Source of the DNA: an uncultured Gemmatimonadales bacterium
GTDB taxonomy: Bacteria; Gemmatimonadota; Gemmatimonadetes; Longimicrobiales; Gaopeijiaceae
Reading direction: 5' to 3'
Length of the DNA stretch: 64,000 nucleotides
Assembly (NCBI GenBank): GCA_963809895.1
Contig: CAWELD010000003.1
Span: forward strand, 1,472,001 to 1,536,000
In this document: one piece after another, positions 53,097-63,089 of the stretch
Position numbering within the stretch: the stretch's first letter is position 1
Layout: the number at the start of each line of letters is the position of its first letter
Translations under genes and position numbers: made by a program
Notes under the pieces: generated by a model
Databases searched by the model: none
What the model was told of the DNA's origin: nothing
The model's input: only the letters and a program-made list of their open reading frames with translations

Positions 53097-54247
53097 GGGC
53101 GGCCTCCCGCGAGGTGGGCCGGAGGAGGAGGCAGCAACGTGGCCAGTTGGCGCGCGATGTCGGCGGCGGCGGCGGGGTGCGAGCGCTCACGGGCCGCGCG
53201 GGCCATGGCCGCCCTGCGGTCGTCATGGTCCACGAGCCCCCGCACGGCGGCCAGCAGCGACGAGCCGTCCATGGCCGACTCGGCCAGGAAGACCGCCGCC
53301 CCGGCCTCGGCCAGCGCCCGGGCGTTGTGGGTCTGGTGGTCCGCCGCCGCCGTGGGCAGGGGTACCAGGACCGCCGGCAGGCCCCACGCCAGCAGCTCGG
53401 AGGTCATCATGGCGCCGGCCCTGCTCACGGCCACCGTGGCCACCGCCAGCGCCGAGGGCATGTCGTCCAGGTAGCCCACGGGATGGACCCAGGCGGGGTC
53501 GCCGAACTCGGCCAGCCGCGCCCGCACGTCGTTCTCGTGGGCCGGCCCCGTGGACCAGAGCACCTCGAAGCCCGGGTCCTCGCCGCCGCACGCCGCCACG
53601 GCCGCCAACATGCCCCGATTGAGCGCCGCCGAACCCTGGCTCCCACCCACCACCAACACCACCGGGGGCTCGGGGCGCAGCCCGAAGGCGCGCCGGGCTG
53701 CGGCCGCATCGCCGGGCTCCGGCACACGAATCGGGTTTCCGGACATGCGCACGTGCCGGCGCCCCGGGCGCGGGAGCCGCCCAGCCGCCTCCGGAAAGGC
53801 CAGGTGCACCTGGCGGGCGAAGGACGACAGGCCGCGGGTCACGAAGCCCGGCACGCTGTTCTGCTCCTGGAGCGCCAGTGGAACCCCCGTGAGGGCCGCC
53901 ACCAGCCCGGCCGGCGCGCCGGCGTAGCCGCCCGTCACCACGACCAGGCGGGGCCGGAGGGCGTGGACGAGGCGGGCCGTGGCCGCCAGCGAGCGGACCA
54001 GGGCCGGAACGACGTCCAGGTTCTGGCCGAGGCCGACGCCCCGGGCGAAGCCCCGCACGGGCAGCAGCAGGTGCTCGGCGCCACGCCCGGGCAGCACCCG
54101 CGCCTCCACGCCCCGCCGGGCACCCACGAAGAAGGGGCGGACGTCGGGCCGGAGCGCCGTGAGCGCGTCGGCGAGGGCGAGGGCCGGGTAGAGGTGTCCC
54201 CCCGTGCCACCGCCGGCGAACAGCACCACCGTGCGCTCCTCATGCAC
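53093..54247 (-). CDS. murG: Lipid II GlcNAc transferase
   Basis: GGGTGGH, EQN, GNPIR, GGSQGS, SRAGA and HQTHNA motifs; GTG at 54247 after GGAGG. Confidence 0.96.
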   Translation of the reverse strand: MHEERTVVLFAGGGTGGHLYPALALADALTALRPDVRPFFVGARRGVEARVLPGRGAEHLLLPVRGFARGVGLGQNLDVVPALVRSLAATARLVHALRPRLVVVTGGYAGAPAGLVAALTGVPLALQEQNSVPGFVTRGLSSFARQVHLAFPEAAGRLPRPGRRHVRMSGNPIRVPEPGDAAAARRAFGLRPEPPVVLVVGGSQGSAALNRGMLAAVAACGGEDPGFEVLWSTGPAHENDVRARLAEFGDPAWVHPVGYLDDMPSALAVATVAVSRAGAMMTSELLAWGLPAVLVPLPTAAADHQTHNARALAEAGAAVFLAESAMDGSSLLAAVRGLVDHDDRRAAMARAARERSHPAAAADIARQLATLLPPPPAHLAGGRP

Positions 54248-55484
54248 GGCTCCTCCCCGCCGTGGCCAGGCGCTCCGTCCGGGCCAGATCCGGCACCTTG
54301 CCACGCTCCACGTGCTCGGGCCGCCAGTCCCGGTCGGTGTCCCGCGCCACGGACATGAGGATGCCCAACGCCATGAGCGTGACCACCAGGTTGGAACGCC
54401 CGTACGACACCAGCGGCAACGCCAGCCCGGTGGTGGGCACCAGACCGAGGCCCACCGCCATGTGCAGGACCGCCTGCAGGGCGATGAGGTTGGTGAAGCC
54501 CACGGCCAGGAGTTGCCCGAAGCGGTCGGGAGCGCGGCGGGCGATGCGGAATCCCAGGAGAATGATCCCCAGGTAGAGGGCCACCAGCAGCACGATGCCG
54601 CGCAGGCCCCACTCCTCACCCACCATGGCGAAGATGAAGTCGTTGTGGGGCTCGGGCAGGAAGCCGAACTTCTGCCGCCCCTGGCCGAAGCCCTGCCCCA
54701 GGAGTCCCCCGGAGCCTACGGAGATGATGGACTGGCGCACCTGGAAGCCGGCGCCCGAGGGATCGGCGGCGGGATCGAGGAAGGCCAACATGCGCTGGGC
54801 GCGGAAGCCCACGTCGAGCTGAAGCTTCAGGAAGGGCAGCCCGAGAATCCCCAGGAAGATGAAGTGCCCGATGCGCGCGCCCCCGGCGAAGACCACCATG
54901 GCGCCCAGCAGACCGATGAGGCAGGCCGTGGACAGGTCCGGCTCGAGCACGATGGGCAGCAGGAGCACGGCCCAGATGAGCAGGAAGGGCCCGAGCCCCC
55001 GGCGCAGGCTCTTGAAGTCGCCCTGCTTGCGCACGGCGAGCATGGCGGTCCAGATGACCATGGACAGCTTGGCCAGCTCCGACGGCTGCAGCGTGACGCC
55101 CGCGATGCGGAGCCAGCGGCGCGCGCCCTTGATCTCCGGCGCGATGGCCTCGGTGCCCGGAAGGATCACCACCACCAGCATGATCACGCTCACCCACAGG
55201 ATGGGCCACGCCATGCGCTGCCACACCCGATAGGGAATGCGGGCGCAGCACACCATGGCCACCAGCCCGACCGCTGCGCCGCCGGCCTGGCGAACCACGA
55301 AGTACCAATCCGGAAGCCCCTGGCGCTGGGCCAGCACCGAGCTGGCGCTGTAGAGGGTGACCAGCCCCGCCGACAGGAGGAGGAGGGTCAGCGTCATGAG
55401 AGCGGCGGGCTCCCAACCCCGGCCCAAGCCCACGTCGGGGAGCGCCACGTCGGCGGGAGCCACGTCCATGGGTCGGCGGGCCAT
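54240..55484 (-). CDS. ftsW: SEDS peptidoglycan polymerase FtsW
   Basis: LYSAS, GARRW, QPSELAK, LPEPHNDFIF and PTTGLALPLVSYG motifs. Confidence 0.96.
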   Translation of the reverse strand: MARRPMDVAPADVALPDVGLGRGWEPAALMTLTLLLLSAGLVTLYSASSVLAQRQGLPDWYFVVRQAGGAAVGLVAMVCCARIPYRVWQRMAWPILWVSVIMLVVVILPGTEAIAPEIKGARRWLRIAGVTLQPSELAKLSMVIWTAMLAVRKQGDFKSLRRGLGPFLLIWAVLLLPIVLEPDLSTACLIGLLGAMVVFAGGARIGHFIFLGILGLPFLKLQLDVGFRAQRMLAFLDPAADPSGAGFQVRQSIISVGSGGLLGQGFGQGRQKFGFLPEPHNDFIFAMVGEEWGLRGIVLLVALYLGIILLGFRIARRAPDRFGQLLAVGFTNLIALQAVLHMAVGLGLVPTTGLALPLVSYGRSNLVVTLMALGILMSVARDTDRDWRPEHVERGKVPDLARTERLATAGRSRA

Positions 55485-56839
55485 CAGGACACCCCTCCCC
55501 TGGCCAGCGCGGCGAAGCGCTCGCCCCGTTCCCGGTAGTCGTGGAACTCGTCGAAGGAGGAGCAGGCCGGGGCCAGCAGGACCACGTCACCGGCCCGTGC
55601 CACGCCCCGGGCGAGCGCCACCGCCTCGGCCAGCGCGCCGGCACGGCGCACCTCGACCACGCCCTCCAGGGCGGCGGCGAAGCGGGTGCCGGCGGCCCCG
55701 TAGCAGACGGCCGTGCGCACCCGCCCGGGAAGCGCCCGTGCCAGCGGGGCCAGCTCCTCGCCCTTGTCCTTCCCACCCAGGAGGAGGACCAGAGGCCGCT
55801 CCAGGCTGCGCACGGCGCTCACGGCGGCGGCCACGTTGGTGGCCTTGGAGTCGTTCACCCACAAGACCCCGTCCACCTCGCCCACGGGCTCCAGCCGATG
55901 GGGGAGCGGGCGGGCCGTGGCCAGGCCCCGGGACAGGGCCCCGGCCTCGGCACCCGCCAGGCGGGCGGTGAGGGCGGCGGCCAGGGCGTTGGCCACGTTG
56001 TGCATGCCCAGCAGCGGGAGCTCGGTCCGAGCCAGTAGCGGCTCGGCAGGGCCCCCGGATTCCAGGCGCAGCGTCAGCGTGTCGTCCTGCACGAAGGCCT
56101 CGACGCCCTCGCCGCGTTCGACGCTGAAGGTGTAGCGGCGCCCCGGCGCGCCACCGGCCAACTCGCGGCACTCGGGCTGATCGCCCAGCACCCAGCGGCT
56201 GTCGGCGGTGGCGTTGTCGAACAGGCGCGCCTTGTCGCCCCAGTACGCCTCGACCGACGGGTAGCGGTCCAGGTGATCGGGAGCCAGCGAGGTGAGCACG
56301 CCGATGTCGGGCGCGAAGGTGTCCACGTCGGCCAGCTGGAAGGAGCTGACCTCCAGGACGTACCAGTCCGGCGGCGGCTCCACGAGAGCGAGCGCCGACG
56401 CCGCCGGCGCCAGCCCTCCTCCCACGTTGCCGCCCCAGGCCACGGCCAGCCCCGCCTCTTCCAGGAGGTGGGCCGTGAGCGCCGTGGTGGTGGTCTTCCC
56501 GTTCGTGCCCGTCACGGCGATCAGTGGACCGCGGTAGAACCGAACGGCGAACTCGGGCTCGCTGATCCAGCGCACGCCCCGGTCTCGGAGAGCCGAGAGC
56601 ACCGGAGCGTCCGGGGGGATTCCAGGACTGACCACGACGAGCTCGGCCGCGGCGATGCGGGCCAGGTCGTGTGATCCCAGCTCGACGTCGGCTCCCAGGG
56701 CTCGGAGCTGGGCTCCACGAGCTGCAGTCGGGGCATGAGTGTCGAGATCCGAGACATGAACGTCTCCTCCTTGTTGAAGGGCCAGGCGGGCGGCGGCTTC
56801 GCCGCTGCTGCCGAGCCCCAGGACAGCGATTCGGGTCAC
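55484..56839 (-). CDS. murD: UDP-MurNAc-L-Ala--D-Glu ligase
   Basis: VLGLGSSG, VSPGIP, TGTNGKTTT, EVSSFQL, NDSKATN and PACSSFD motifs; GTG at 56839. Confidence 0.96.
   Translation of the reverse strand: MTRIAVLGLGSSGEAAARLALQQGGDVHVSDLDTHAPTAARGAQLRALGADVELGSHDLARIAAAELVVVSPGIPPDAPVLSALRDRGVRWISEPEFAVRFYRGPLIAVTGTNGKTTTTALTAHLLEEAGLAVAWGGNVGGGLAPAASALALVEPPPDWYVLEVSSFQLADVDTFAPDIGVLTSLAPDHLDRYPSVEAYWGDKARLFDNATADSRWVLGDQPECRELAGGAPGRRYTFSVERGEGVEAFVQDDTLTLRLESGGPAEPLLARTELPLLGMHNVANALAAALTARLAGAEAGALSRGLATARPLPHRLEPVGEVDGVLWVNDSKATNVAAAVSAVRSLERPLVLLLGGKDKGEELAPLARALPGRVRTAVCYGAAGTRFAAALEGVVEVRRAGALAEAVALARGVARAGDVVLLAPACSSFDEFHDYRERGERFAALARGGVS
56521..56757 (-). CDS. Candidate 78-aa overprinted ORF nested in murD (+1 frame)
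   Basis: AAGGAGG (56772-56766)-N8-ATG; murD third positions are strongly A/T-enriched over the same interval. Confidence 0.4.
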   Translation of the reverse strand: MSRISTLMPRLQLVEPSSEPWEPTSSWDHTTWPASPRPSSSWSVLESPRTLRCSRLSETGACAGSASPSSPFGSTAVH

Positions 56840-57942
56840 CGGATCTTCAGCGTCGAAACGGCGACCATTGCGAACAGGATTCCCAGGATCCAGAAGCGGA
56901 TGACGACCTTGGTCTCCGGCCACCCGAGCTTCTCGAAGTGGTGGTGGAGCGGCGCCATCCGGAACACGCGGCGGCCCTCGCCGTAGCGGCGGGCCGTGTA
57001 GCGGAACCAACCGACCTGCACCATCACCGACAGGCCTTCCAGAACGAAGACGCCGCCCACGATGAGGAGCAGGAACTCGCTCTTGAGCAGGATGGCCATG
57101 ACGGCCAGCGCCCCCCCGATGGCCAGGGAGCCCGTGTCTCCCATGAAGACCTCGGCGGGGTGCGCGTTGAACCAGAGAAAGCCGATGGCGGCGCCGGTCA
57201 GCGCCAGGCCGAACACCACCATCTCGCCGGAGCCGGGCAGGTAGAACAGGCCCAGGTACGACGACGTGTCGATGCGGCCCGTGACGTAGGCCAGCAGCGC
57301 GAAGGTGGCGGCGGCGATGGCGCCCAGACCCCCGGCGAGCCCGTCGAGCCCGTCGGTGAGGTTCACCGCGTTGGAGGTGAATCCCACCAGGAGCGTGACG
57401 AAGACGACGAAGGCCGACGGCCAGAAGGCGGCCACGTAGTCCGAGAAGAAGGGCACCTGCGTCCAGCTGCCCGGATAGGGCGAGATGGGATGCAGGATCA
57501 GGAACAGCCCCAGGGCCAGCCCGAAGGTGAGCTGGCCGGCGAGCTTGGCCCGTGCCACCAGCCCCTTGGAGGACTTGCGCACCACCTTGAGGTAGTCGTC
57601 CAGGAACCCGATGGCGCCCATCCACACCAATGCCAGCAGACAGAGCGCGGTGTACCAGTTGTCGAGCTGCGCCCACAGCAGGGTGGAGATGACGGCCGAC
57701 GACACGATCAGCGTGCCGCCCATGGTGGGCGTGCCGGCCTTGCCCAGATGCGACTTCGGACCCTCCTCCCGCACCACCTGTCCCACCTTGAGACGCGTGA
57801 GCCAGCGGATGGTGGCGGGCCCCAGGAAGAATGCGATCAACAGTGCCGTCACCACCGCGCCCGCCGCCCGGAAGGTCAGGTAGCGGAAGAGGTTGAAGAC
57901 GATGTGCACGTCGGCCAGAGGCGGAAGGAGGTGGTAGAGCAT
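56836..57942 (-). CDS. mraY: Phospho-MurNAc-pentapeptide transferase
   Basis: KAGTPTMGG, DDYLK, NAVNLTDGLDGL, FMGDTGS and MAPLHHHFE motifs. Confidence 0.98.
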   Translation of the reverse strand: MLYHLLPPLADVHIVFNLFRYLTFRAAGAVVTALLIAFFLGPATIRWLTRLKVGQVVREEGPKSHLGKAGTPTMGGTLIVSSAVISTLLWAQLDNWYTALCLLALVWMGAIGFLDDYLKVVRKSSKGLVARAKLAGQLTFGLALGLFLILHPISPYPGSWTQVPFFSDYVAAFWPSAFVVFVTLLVGFTSNAVNLTDGLDGLAGGLGAIAAATFALLAYVTGRIDTSSYLGLFYLPGSGEMVVFGLALTGAAIGFLWFNAHPAEVFMGDTGSLAIGGALAVMAILLKSEFLLLIVGGVFVLEGLSVMVQVGWFRYTARRYGEGRRVFRMAPLHHHFEKLGWPETKVVIRFWILGILFAMVAVSTLKIR

Positions 57943-59348
57943 CAGTCCTCCTCCCCTTCCCCGAAGTCGGCCTCGAAGCGGGGCACCAGGCGCTCCATCT
58001 TCACGCCGCGCGAGGCCTTGAGGAGCACGACCTCGCTTCCGGTGAGGCGGTCCCGGAGCTCCGCGTACGCCAGCTCCGGATCTTCCTGCGCCAGCAGGCG
58101 CTCGCCACCCTCGCCACCCTCGCCGCGCTGGGCCGCCGCCCGCGCGAAGGCGCCGGTGGCCACCACCAGATCCAGGTCCCGGCCCAGGGCGTCGCCGAGG
58201 ACGTCACGGTGGAGCGCTTCGGAGCGGGAGCCCAGCTCCAGCATGGTGCCCAGGACCGCCACCCGTCCGGAGCCGATGGAGCGGGCTTCCAGCAGGTCCA
58301 GGGCGGCACGCACGCTCTGGGGATTGGCGTTGTAGCAATCCACCACCAGCGTGAGATCGCCGATGCGGCGGATCTCGCCACGGAGGGCACCGGGCTTCAC
58401 CGAGGCCAATCCCTCGGCGGCCCTGGCCGGACGGACGCCCAGCTCGTCGGCGAGGGCGAGGGCGAGGAGGGCGTTCTGCACGGCGTGCCGGCCCGCCACC
58501 GCCAGCCGCACCCGGACGCCCTTCCAGGTGAAGCTGTGGTAGCCCCAGGCGTCCACTTCCACCGCCTCGGGGCGCAGGTCCGGATCGGCGCCCTCGGTCC
58601 AGCCCGCCACCCGCACGCCAGGCACGATGTCACGGGCCCGCTCGGCCAGGACCGGCGGCACGTCGCCCACCACGGCCCGGCCACCCTCGGCCAGCCCTCG
58701 CAGGAGGTCGAGCTTCTCCTCCAGCACGCCCTCCAGCGAGCCCAGCTTCTCCAGGTGGCTCTCGGACACCGTGGTGACGACCCCGAGGTTCGGCCGCGCG
58801 ATCGCCGCCAGGGTGGCGATCTCGCCGGGCTCGTTGGTGCCCATCTCCAGCACCACCACCTGCACGTCGTCGGGGGTGCCCAGGAGGGTCAGGGGGAGTC
58901 CGATGCGGTTGTTCAGGTTCCCGGGCGTGGCGTGCACGCGCAGGCTACCCGACAGCGCGGCCCGCGCCATCTCCTTGGTGGAGGTCTTGCCCGAGGATCC
59001 GGTGAGCCCGACCACCGTGGCGCCCAGCGCCGACCTGCGGTGCGCCGCCAGACGTCCCAGCGCATCCAGGGTGTCCTCCACGGGATAGAGCGTGGCGCGG
59101 GCGGCACCCGCCACGGGGTGCGAGACCACCACGCCGGTGGCACCGGCTCCCACGGCGTCACCCACGAACTCGTGGCCGTCGAAGCGCTCGCCCACCAGCG
59201 CCACGTACAGCTCGCCGGGGTGCACGCTACGCGAGTCGGTGGACACGCCCTGGTAGGTCCGCTCGTCGTCGGCCTCGTCGGTCCTGAGGCCCAGGGCGAC
59301 GCGGACCTGACGGTCGGTCCAGATGAAGGGAGCGGCGGCCACGGTCAC
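57942..59348 (-). CDS. murF: UDP-MurNAc-tripeptide--D-Ala-D-Ala ligase
   Basis: TDSR, TGSSGKTSTK, NNRIGLP, DCYNANP, MLELG and KASRG motifs. Confidence 0.96.
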   Translation of the reverse strand: MTVAAAPFIWTDRQVRVALGLRTDEADDERTYQGVSTDSRSVHPGELYVALVGERFDGHEFVGDAVGAGATGVVVSHPVAGAARATLYPVEDTLDALGRLAAHRRSALGATVVGLTGSSGKTSTKEMARAALSGSLRVHATPGNLNNRIGLPLTLLGTPDDVQVVVLEMGTNEPGEIATLAAIARPNLGVVTTVSESHLEKLGSLEGVLEEKLDLLRGLAEGGRAVVGDVPPVLAERARDIVPGVRVAGWTEGADPDLRPEAVEVDAWGYHSFTWKGVRVRLAVAGRHAVQNALLALALADELGVRPARAAEGLASVKPGALRGEIRRIGDLTLVVDCYNANPQSVRAALDLLEARSIGSGRVAVLGTMLELGSRSEALHRDVLGDALGRDLDLVVATGAFARAAAQRGEGGEGGERLLAQEDPELAYAELRDRLTGSEVVLLKASRGVKMERLVPRFEADFGEGEED

Positions 59349-60820
59349 GCGGCCCCCCGGGCCGCCAGGGCGTCCCGCACCACGACCCGCTCGTCCAGCG
59401 GGCGCTTCTCGGTGCCCACGATCTGGTAGCGCTCGTGTCCCTTGCCGGCCAGCACCAGCAGGTCGCCCGGCCCGGCCTCCGCCACGGCCTCGTGGATGGC
59501 CCGCACGCGGTCCACCTGCCGGCGATAGGCGACCCCGGCCAGGCCCGGCTCCAGATCGTCGAGGATGGCCTCGGGATCCTCGGTCCGGGGATTGTCGGAG
59601 GTCAGCCACACCCGGTCCGCCCAGCGCGCCACGGCGGCGGCCATGGGACGCCGCTTGGCCGCGTCCCGGTCTCCCCCGGCGCCGAACAGGACCACCAGCC
59701 GCTTCTCGGCCAGCGGGCGCAGGGTGGAGAGGACGTTCTCCAGCGCGTCGGGGGTGTGGGCGAAGTCGATGATGACGGTGAAGGGCTCCCGCACCACGAC
59801 CTCGAGGCGCCCCGGGATCTGCGGGGCCGCGTCCAGATGGGTGGCGATCACCGGGAGCTCCATGCCCAGAACCAGCGCCACCGCCGCGGCGGCCAGGGCG
59901 TTCTCCACGTTGAAGCGCCCCACCAGCGGCAGCCGCACCGGCGCCCGCTCGCCCCGGAAGGAGAGCTCGAAGCGGCAGCCTCCGGCATCGGTGCGCACGT
60001 CGTGGGCTTCGAGGTCCGCGTCCCCGTCCAGGGCGAAGGTCGTGACGCGTGCGGCGGACACACCCTTCCAGGCCTCTTCGGCGCCGTTGATCACCGCGGT
60101 GCCCGCCTCGTCCAGCAGCCCGGCCAGGCGCAGCTTGGCGGACCGGTAGGCGGCCAGGTCGCCGTGGTAGTCCAGGTGGTCCTGGGTGAGGTTGGTGAAC
60201 ACCGCCACGCCGAAGCGCACCCCGTCGAGCCGGTGCTGCTCCAGCGCGTGGGAGGACGCTTCCAGCGCCACCACCGCGACGCCCTCGTCGGCCAGCTCCC
60301 GGAGCCAGCGCGCCACCGCCACCGGCCCGGGCGTGGTGAGCCCTTCGGTGCCGGGGCGGACGGAGCCGTCGGGGTTCACCACCCCCAGCGTGCCCAGCGC
60401 CGCCGCCGGAGCCGCCACGCCCATCAGATGGCGCACGAGGAGCGTGGTGGTGGTCTTGCCGTTGGTGCCGGTCACGCCCACCACCGTCAGCTCACGCCAG
60501 GGGGAGCCCATGACGGCGTCGGCGGCCAACGCCGCGGCCCGGCGGCCGTCGCGCACCACCAGCTGGGGCACGTCGATGCCCGCCACCGGGTGCTCCACGA
60601 CCGCCGCTACCGCCCCGGCGGCCACGGCGTCGCCCAGGTAGTCGTGCCCGTCGGCGTCGACCCCCCGCCAGGCGAGGAAGAGATCGCCCGCCTCCACCTG
60701 CCGCGAGTCCTGGGCGACCCCCAGAACGGGCGCGTCCTCCCGGCCCGAACCTCCGGTGAGGAGGTCCGCGGCCCGGAGGACCGACGCCACCTGGGCGAGA
60801 GAGACGGGCGCTCGGGTCAC
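59345..60820 (-). CDS. murE: UDP-MurNAc-dipeptide--mDAP ligase
   Basis: TGTNGKTT, EASSH, NLTQDHLDYH, DFAHTPD, DNPR (mDAP-type) and AGKGHE motifs. Confidence 0.96.
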   Translation of the reverse strand: MTRAPVSLAQVASVLRAADLLTGGSGREDAPVLGVAQDSRQVEAGDLFLAWRGVDADGHDYLGDAVAAGAVAAVVEHPVAGIDVPQLVVRDGRRAAALAADAVMGSPWRELTVVGVTGTNGKTTTTLLVRHLMGVAAPAAALGTLGVVNPDGSVRPGTEGLTTPGPVAVARWLRELADEGVAVVALEASSHALEQHRLDGVRFGVAVFTNLTQDHLDYHGDLAAYRSAKLRLAGLLDEAGTAVINGAEEAWKGVSAARVTTFALDGDADLEAHDVRTDAGGCRFELSFRGERAPVRLPLVGRFNVENALAAAAVALVLGMELPVIATHLDAAPQIPGRLEVVVREPFTVIIDFAHTPDALENVLSTLRPLAEKRLVVLFGAGGDRDAAKRRPMAAAVARWADRVWLTSDNPRTEDPEAILDDLEPGLAGVAYRRQVDRVRAIHEAVAEAGPGDLLVLAGKGHERYQIVGTEKRPLDERVVVRDALAARGAA

Positions 60821-62805
60821 CGCTCGCTCCGTCCGGTTCGCAGGCGGATGGTGTCGCCGGCGGCCAACCGGGACCCGGCCCGCGGGGCGGTCCCGATGAT
60901 GGGCCCGGGATCGTCCCACACGACGCGGAGGCCCAGCGCGTGCAGTCTGCGGACCGCCACCCGCGGAGGCAGCCCGCGCACGTCGGGCACCGGCACGGGT
61001 TGGCCCGAGGCCACCTCGACCGGTGCGTCGTCACCCGACGCGGGCTCGGCGGCGGCCTCCCAACGCGCGTCCAGCGACGCGAAGCGGACCGGGGGCGCGT
61101 CGGCGGCGGAGGCCTGGCTTTGGGGACGGCGCACCGAACGCAGCAGCGCACTCCGGTTGAGCGGGGTCTGGCGGGCGGCCAGCGCCGCCTCCATGGTGGC
61201 CCGCGTCACCGGCGCCGCGGTGCTGCCGCCGTAGTAGCTGCCCTTGGGGCTGTCCAGCTTGACGAAGATGACGAGCTGCGGATTGTCGGCCGGAAAGTAG
61301 CCCACGAACGAGGCGAAGTAGCGACCGCGAGCGTATCCGCCCCCGTTTGGGGCGTAGGCCCGGGCCGTGCCGCTCTTGCCCGCCACGTTGAAGGTCTCGA
61401 GCTGCGCCCGGGTCCCGGTGCCGTCCTCCACCACCTCTTGCAGCACGCGACCGATGCGCCGACTGATGTCCTCCTCCACGACCTGGCGCAGCACCCGCGG
61501 CTGGATGCGGCGGAGCGGCGCTCCCCGGGGATCCACCTCGCGGACCAGGTGAGCCTCCATGAGCCGGCCGCCGTTGGCCAGCGCCCCGTAGGCCAGCGCC
61601 ATCTGCAGCGGGGTCACGCCGATCTCGTAGCCCACGGCCAGCGACTGGGGCGACTGCAGGGACCAGTCGCTGGGATTGCGCAACGTGCCCCCCACCTCGC
61701 CGGGGAGCGGAAGCCCGGTCTGCATGCCGAAGCCGAAGTCCCGCAGGTTCTCGTACTGCTCCCGCGGCGTGAGGGGCTCGGCGGCCTTGGCCACGCCGAC
61801 GTTGGACGACACCCGGAGCGCATCGGCGAGGGTCATGGTGCCCGAGTGGTGCACGTCGTGGAGCACGCGGCCGTGGATGGACCACGTTCCGTTGCCCACG
61901 TCGATGCTGTCGCCCAGGCTGCCCCTCTGGTTCTTGAGAATGGCGGCCACGGTGAAGGGCTTGAGCGTGGAGCCCGGCTCGTAGGGCGTGTTGATGGCCG
62001 ACAGCCCGTCGCTGCGGCCGTCCTGCATGGAGACCAGCGCCAGGATCTCGCCGGTGCGCGGGTCGGTGACCACCAGATCGCCCCCGCGGGCTTCGTGCTC
62101 CTCGATGGCTTCGGCCAGCGCCTGGTGGGCGATCTCCTGCAGCGCCAGGTCGATGGTGAGGGTGACGTCTCCACCGGCCACCGGGGGCTCCATCTGGAAC
62201 ACCTGTCCCGGGATGGCCTGACCGCGGGAATCCTTGGCCACCACCTCACGCCCCGGTTGGCCGGCCAGCACCGAGTCGAAGGCCTCTTCGATCCCGCCCC
62301 GGCCCGTCCCGTCCAGCACGCGCCCCAGGACGCCCATGGCCAGGTCGCCGTGGGGGTGGTCACGGCGGAGCTCCCGGTCCAGGTAGATCCCCTGCACGTC
62401 CGAGAGGACCTCGCGCACCTCGGGCTCGTAGACCCCGCTCACCACGGCCCAGTTGCGCTTTGGGTCGGTGACCCGGGCCGCCGTCGACGCCGAGATGTCC
62501 AGCGCCTCGCGCAGCAGCCGACGGGCCTCGGCGCGGTCCTTCAGCTCCCGGGGGGCGACGCTCACCTTGACGGTCTCGCGCGAATAGACGAGCGGCACGC
62601 CGTTGCGGTCGCGGATGGTGCCCCGGGGCGCCGGAATGACGGTGGTCTTCCGGTGCTGCTCCCGGGCCATGGCCTCCCACTCGGCGCCTTCCAGGACCTC
62701 GAGTTGCGCGGATCGGGCCAGCACCACGGCGCCGGCCAACAACCAACCACCCAGAAGCATCTTGCGCCTGAGGGCCAGGCGCCGCTCGGTCTTCGACGGG
62801 GACAT
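60817..62805 (-). CDS. ftsI: Class B PBP FtsI with C-terminal PASTA-like domain
   Basis: RGTIRDRNG, EPGSTLK (SxxK), SSN and KSG motifs; C-terminal VPDVRGLPPRVA. Confidence 0.94.
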   Translation of the reverse strand: MSPSKTERRLALRRKMLLGGWLLAGAVVLARSAQLEVLEGAEWEAMAREQHRKTTVIPAPRGTIRDRNGVPLVYSRETVKVSVAPRELKDRAEARRLLREALDISASTAARVTDPKRNWAVVSGVYEPEVREVLSDVQGIYLDRELRRDHPHGDLAMGVLGRVLDGTGRGGIEEAFDSVLAGQPGREVVAKDSRGQAIPGQVFQMEPPVAGGDVTLTIDLALQEIAHQALAEAIEEHEARGGDLVVTDPRTGEILALVSMQDGRSDGLSAINTPYEPGSTLKPFTVAAILKNQRGSLGDSIDVGNGTWSIHGRVLHDVHHSGTMTLADALRVSSNVGVAKAAEPLTPREQYENLRDFGFGMQTGLPLPGEVGGTLRNPSDWSLQSPQSLAVGYEIGVTPLQMALAYGALANGGRLMEAHLVREVDPRGAPLRRIQPRVLRQVVEEDISRRIGRVLQEVVEDGTGTRAQLETFNVAGKSGTARAYAPNGGGYARGRYFASFVGYFPADNPQLVIFVKLDSPKGSYYGGSTAAPVTRATMEAALAARQTPLNRSALLRSVRRPQSQASAADAPPVRFASLDARWEAAAEPASGDDAPVEVASGQPVPVPDVRGLPPRVAVRRLHALGLRVVWDDPGPIIGTAPRAGSRLAAGDTIRLRTGRSER

Positions 62806-63089
62806 CAGTGGGACTCTCCGGACAGTAGAACCTGTTCCGATGCGACGGGGTTGTGCAGGCCGAGGCGTTCTGCGGCTTCCGGCACCACCCGTCCGCGGCT
62901 CTCCAGGTACTGGATGCGCCGCACGAGGGCAGCTTGTTCGGCCCGGGCCAGGGAGATCTCGTTGCGGATACGCTCGAGCTCGGTGAGCTCCTGCAGCGCG
63001 CGGCCCTGACGCCACGCCACGAAGCTCAGCGACGCGAGGAGCGCCGCCACCGACAGCGCCGCGCGCAGCGGCGTGGACAGCCGGCTCAC
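62805..63089 (-). CDS. ftsL: Cell division protein FtsL
   Basis: Single TM plus coiled coil and AAERLGL; lies between rsmH and ftsI. Confidence 0.8.
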   Translation of the reverse strand: MSRLSTPLRAALSVAALLASLSFVAWRQGRALQELTELERIRNEISLARAEQAALVRRIQYLESRGRVVPEAAERLGLHNPVASEQVLLSGESH

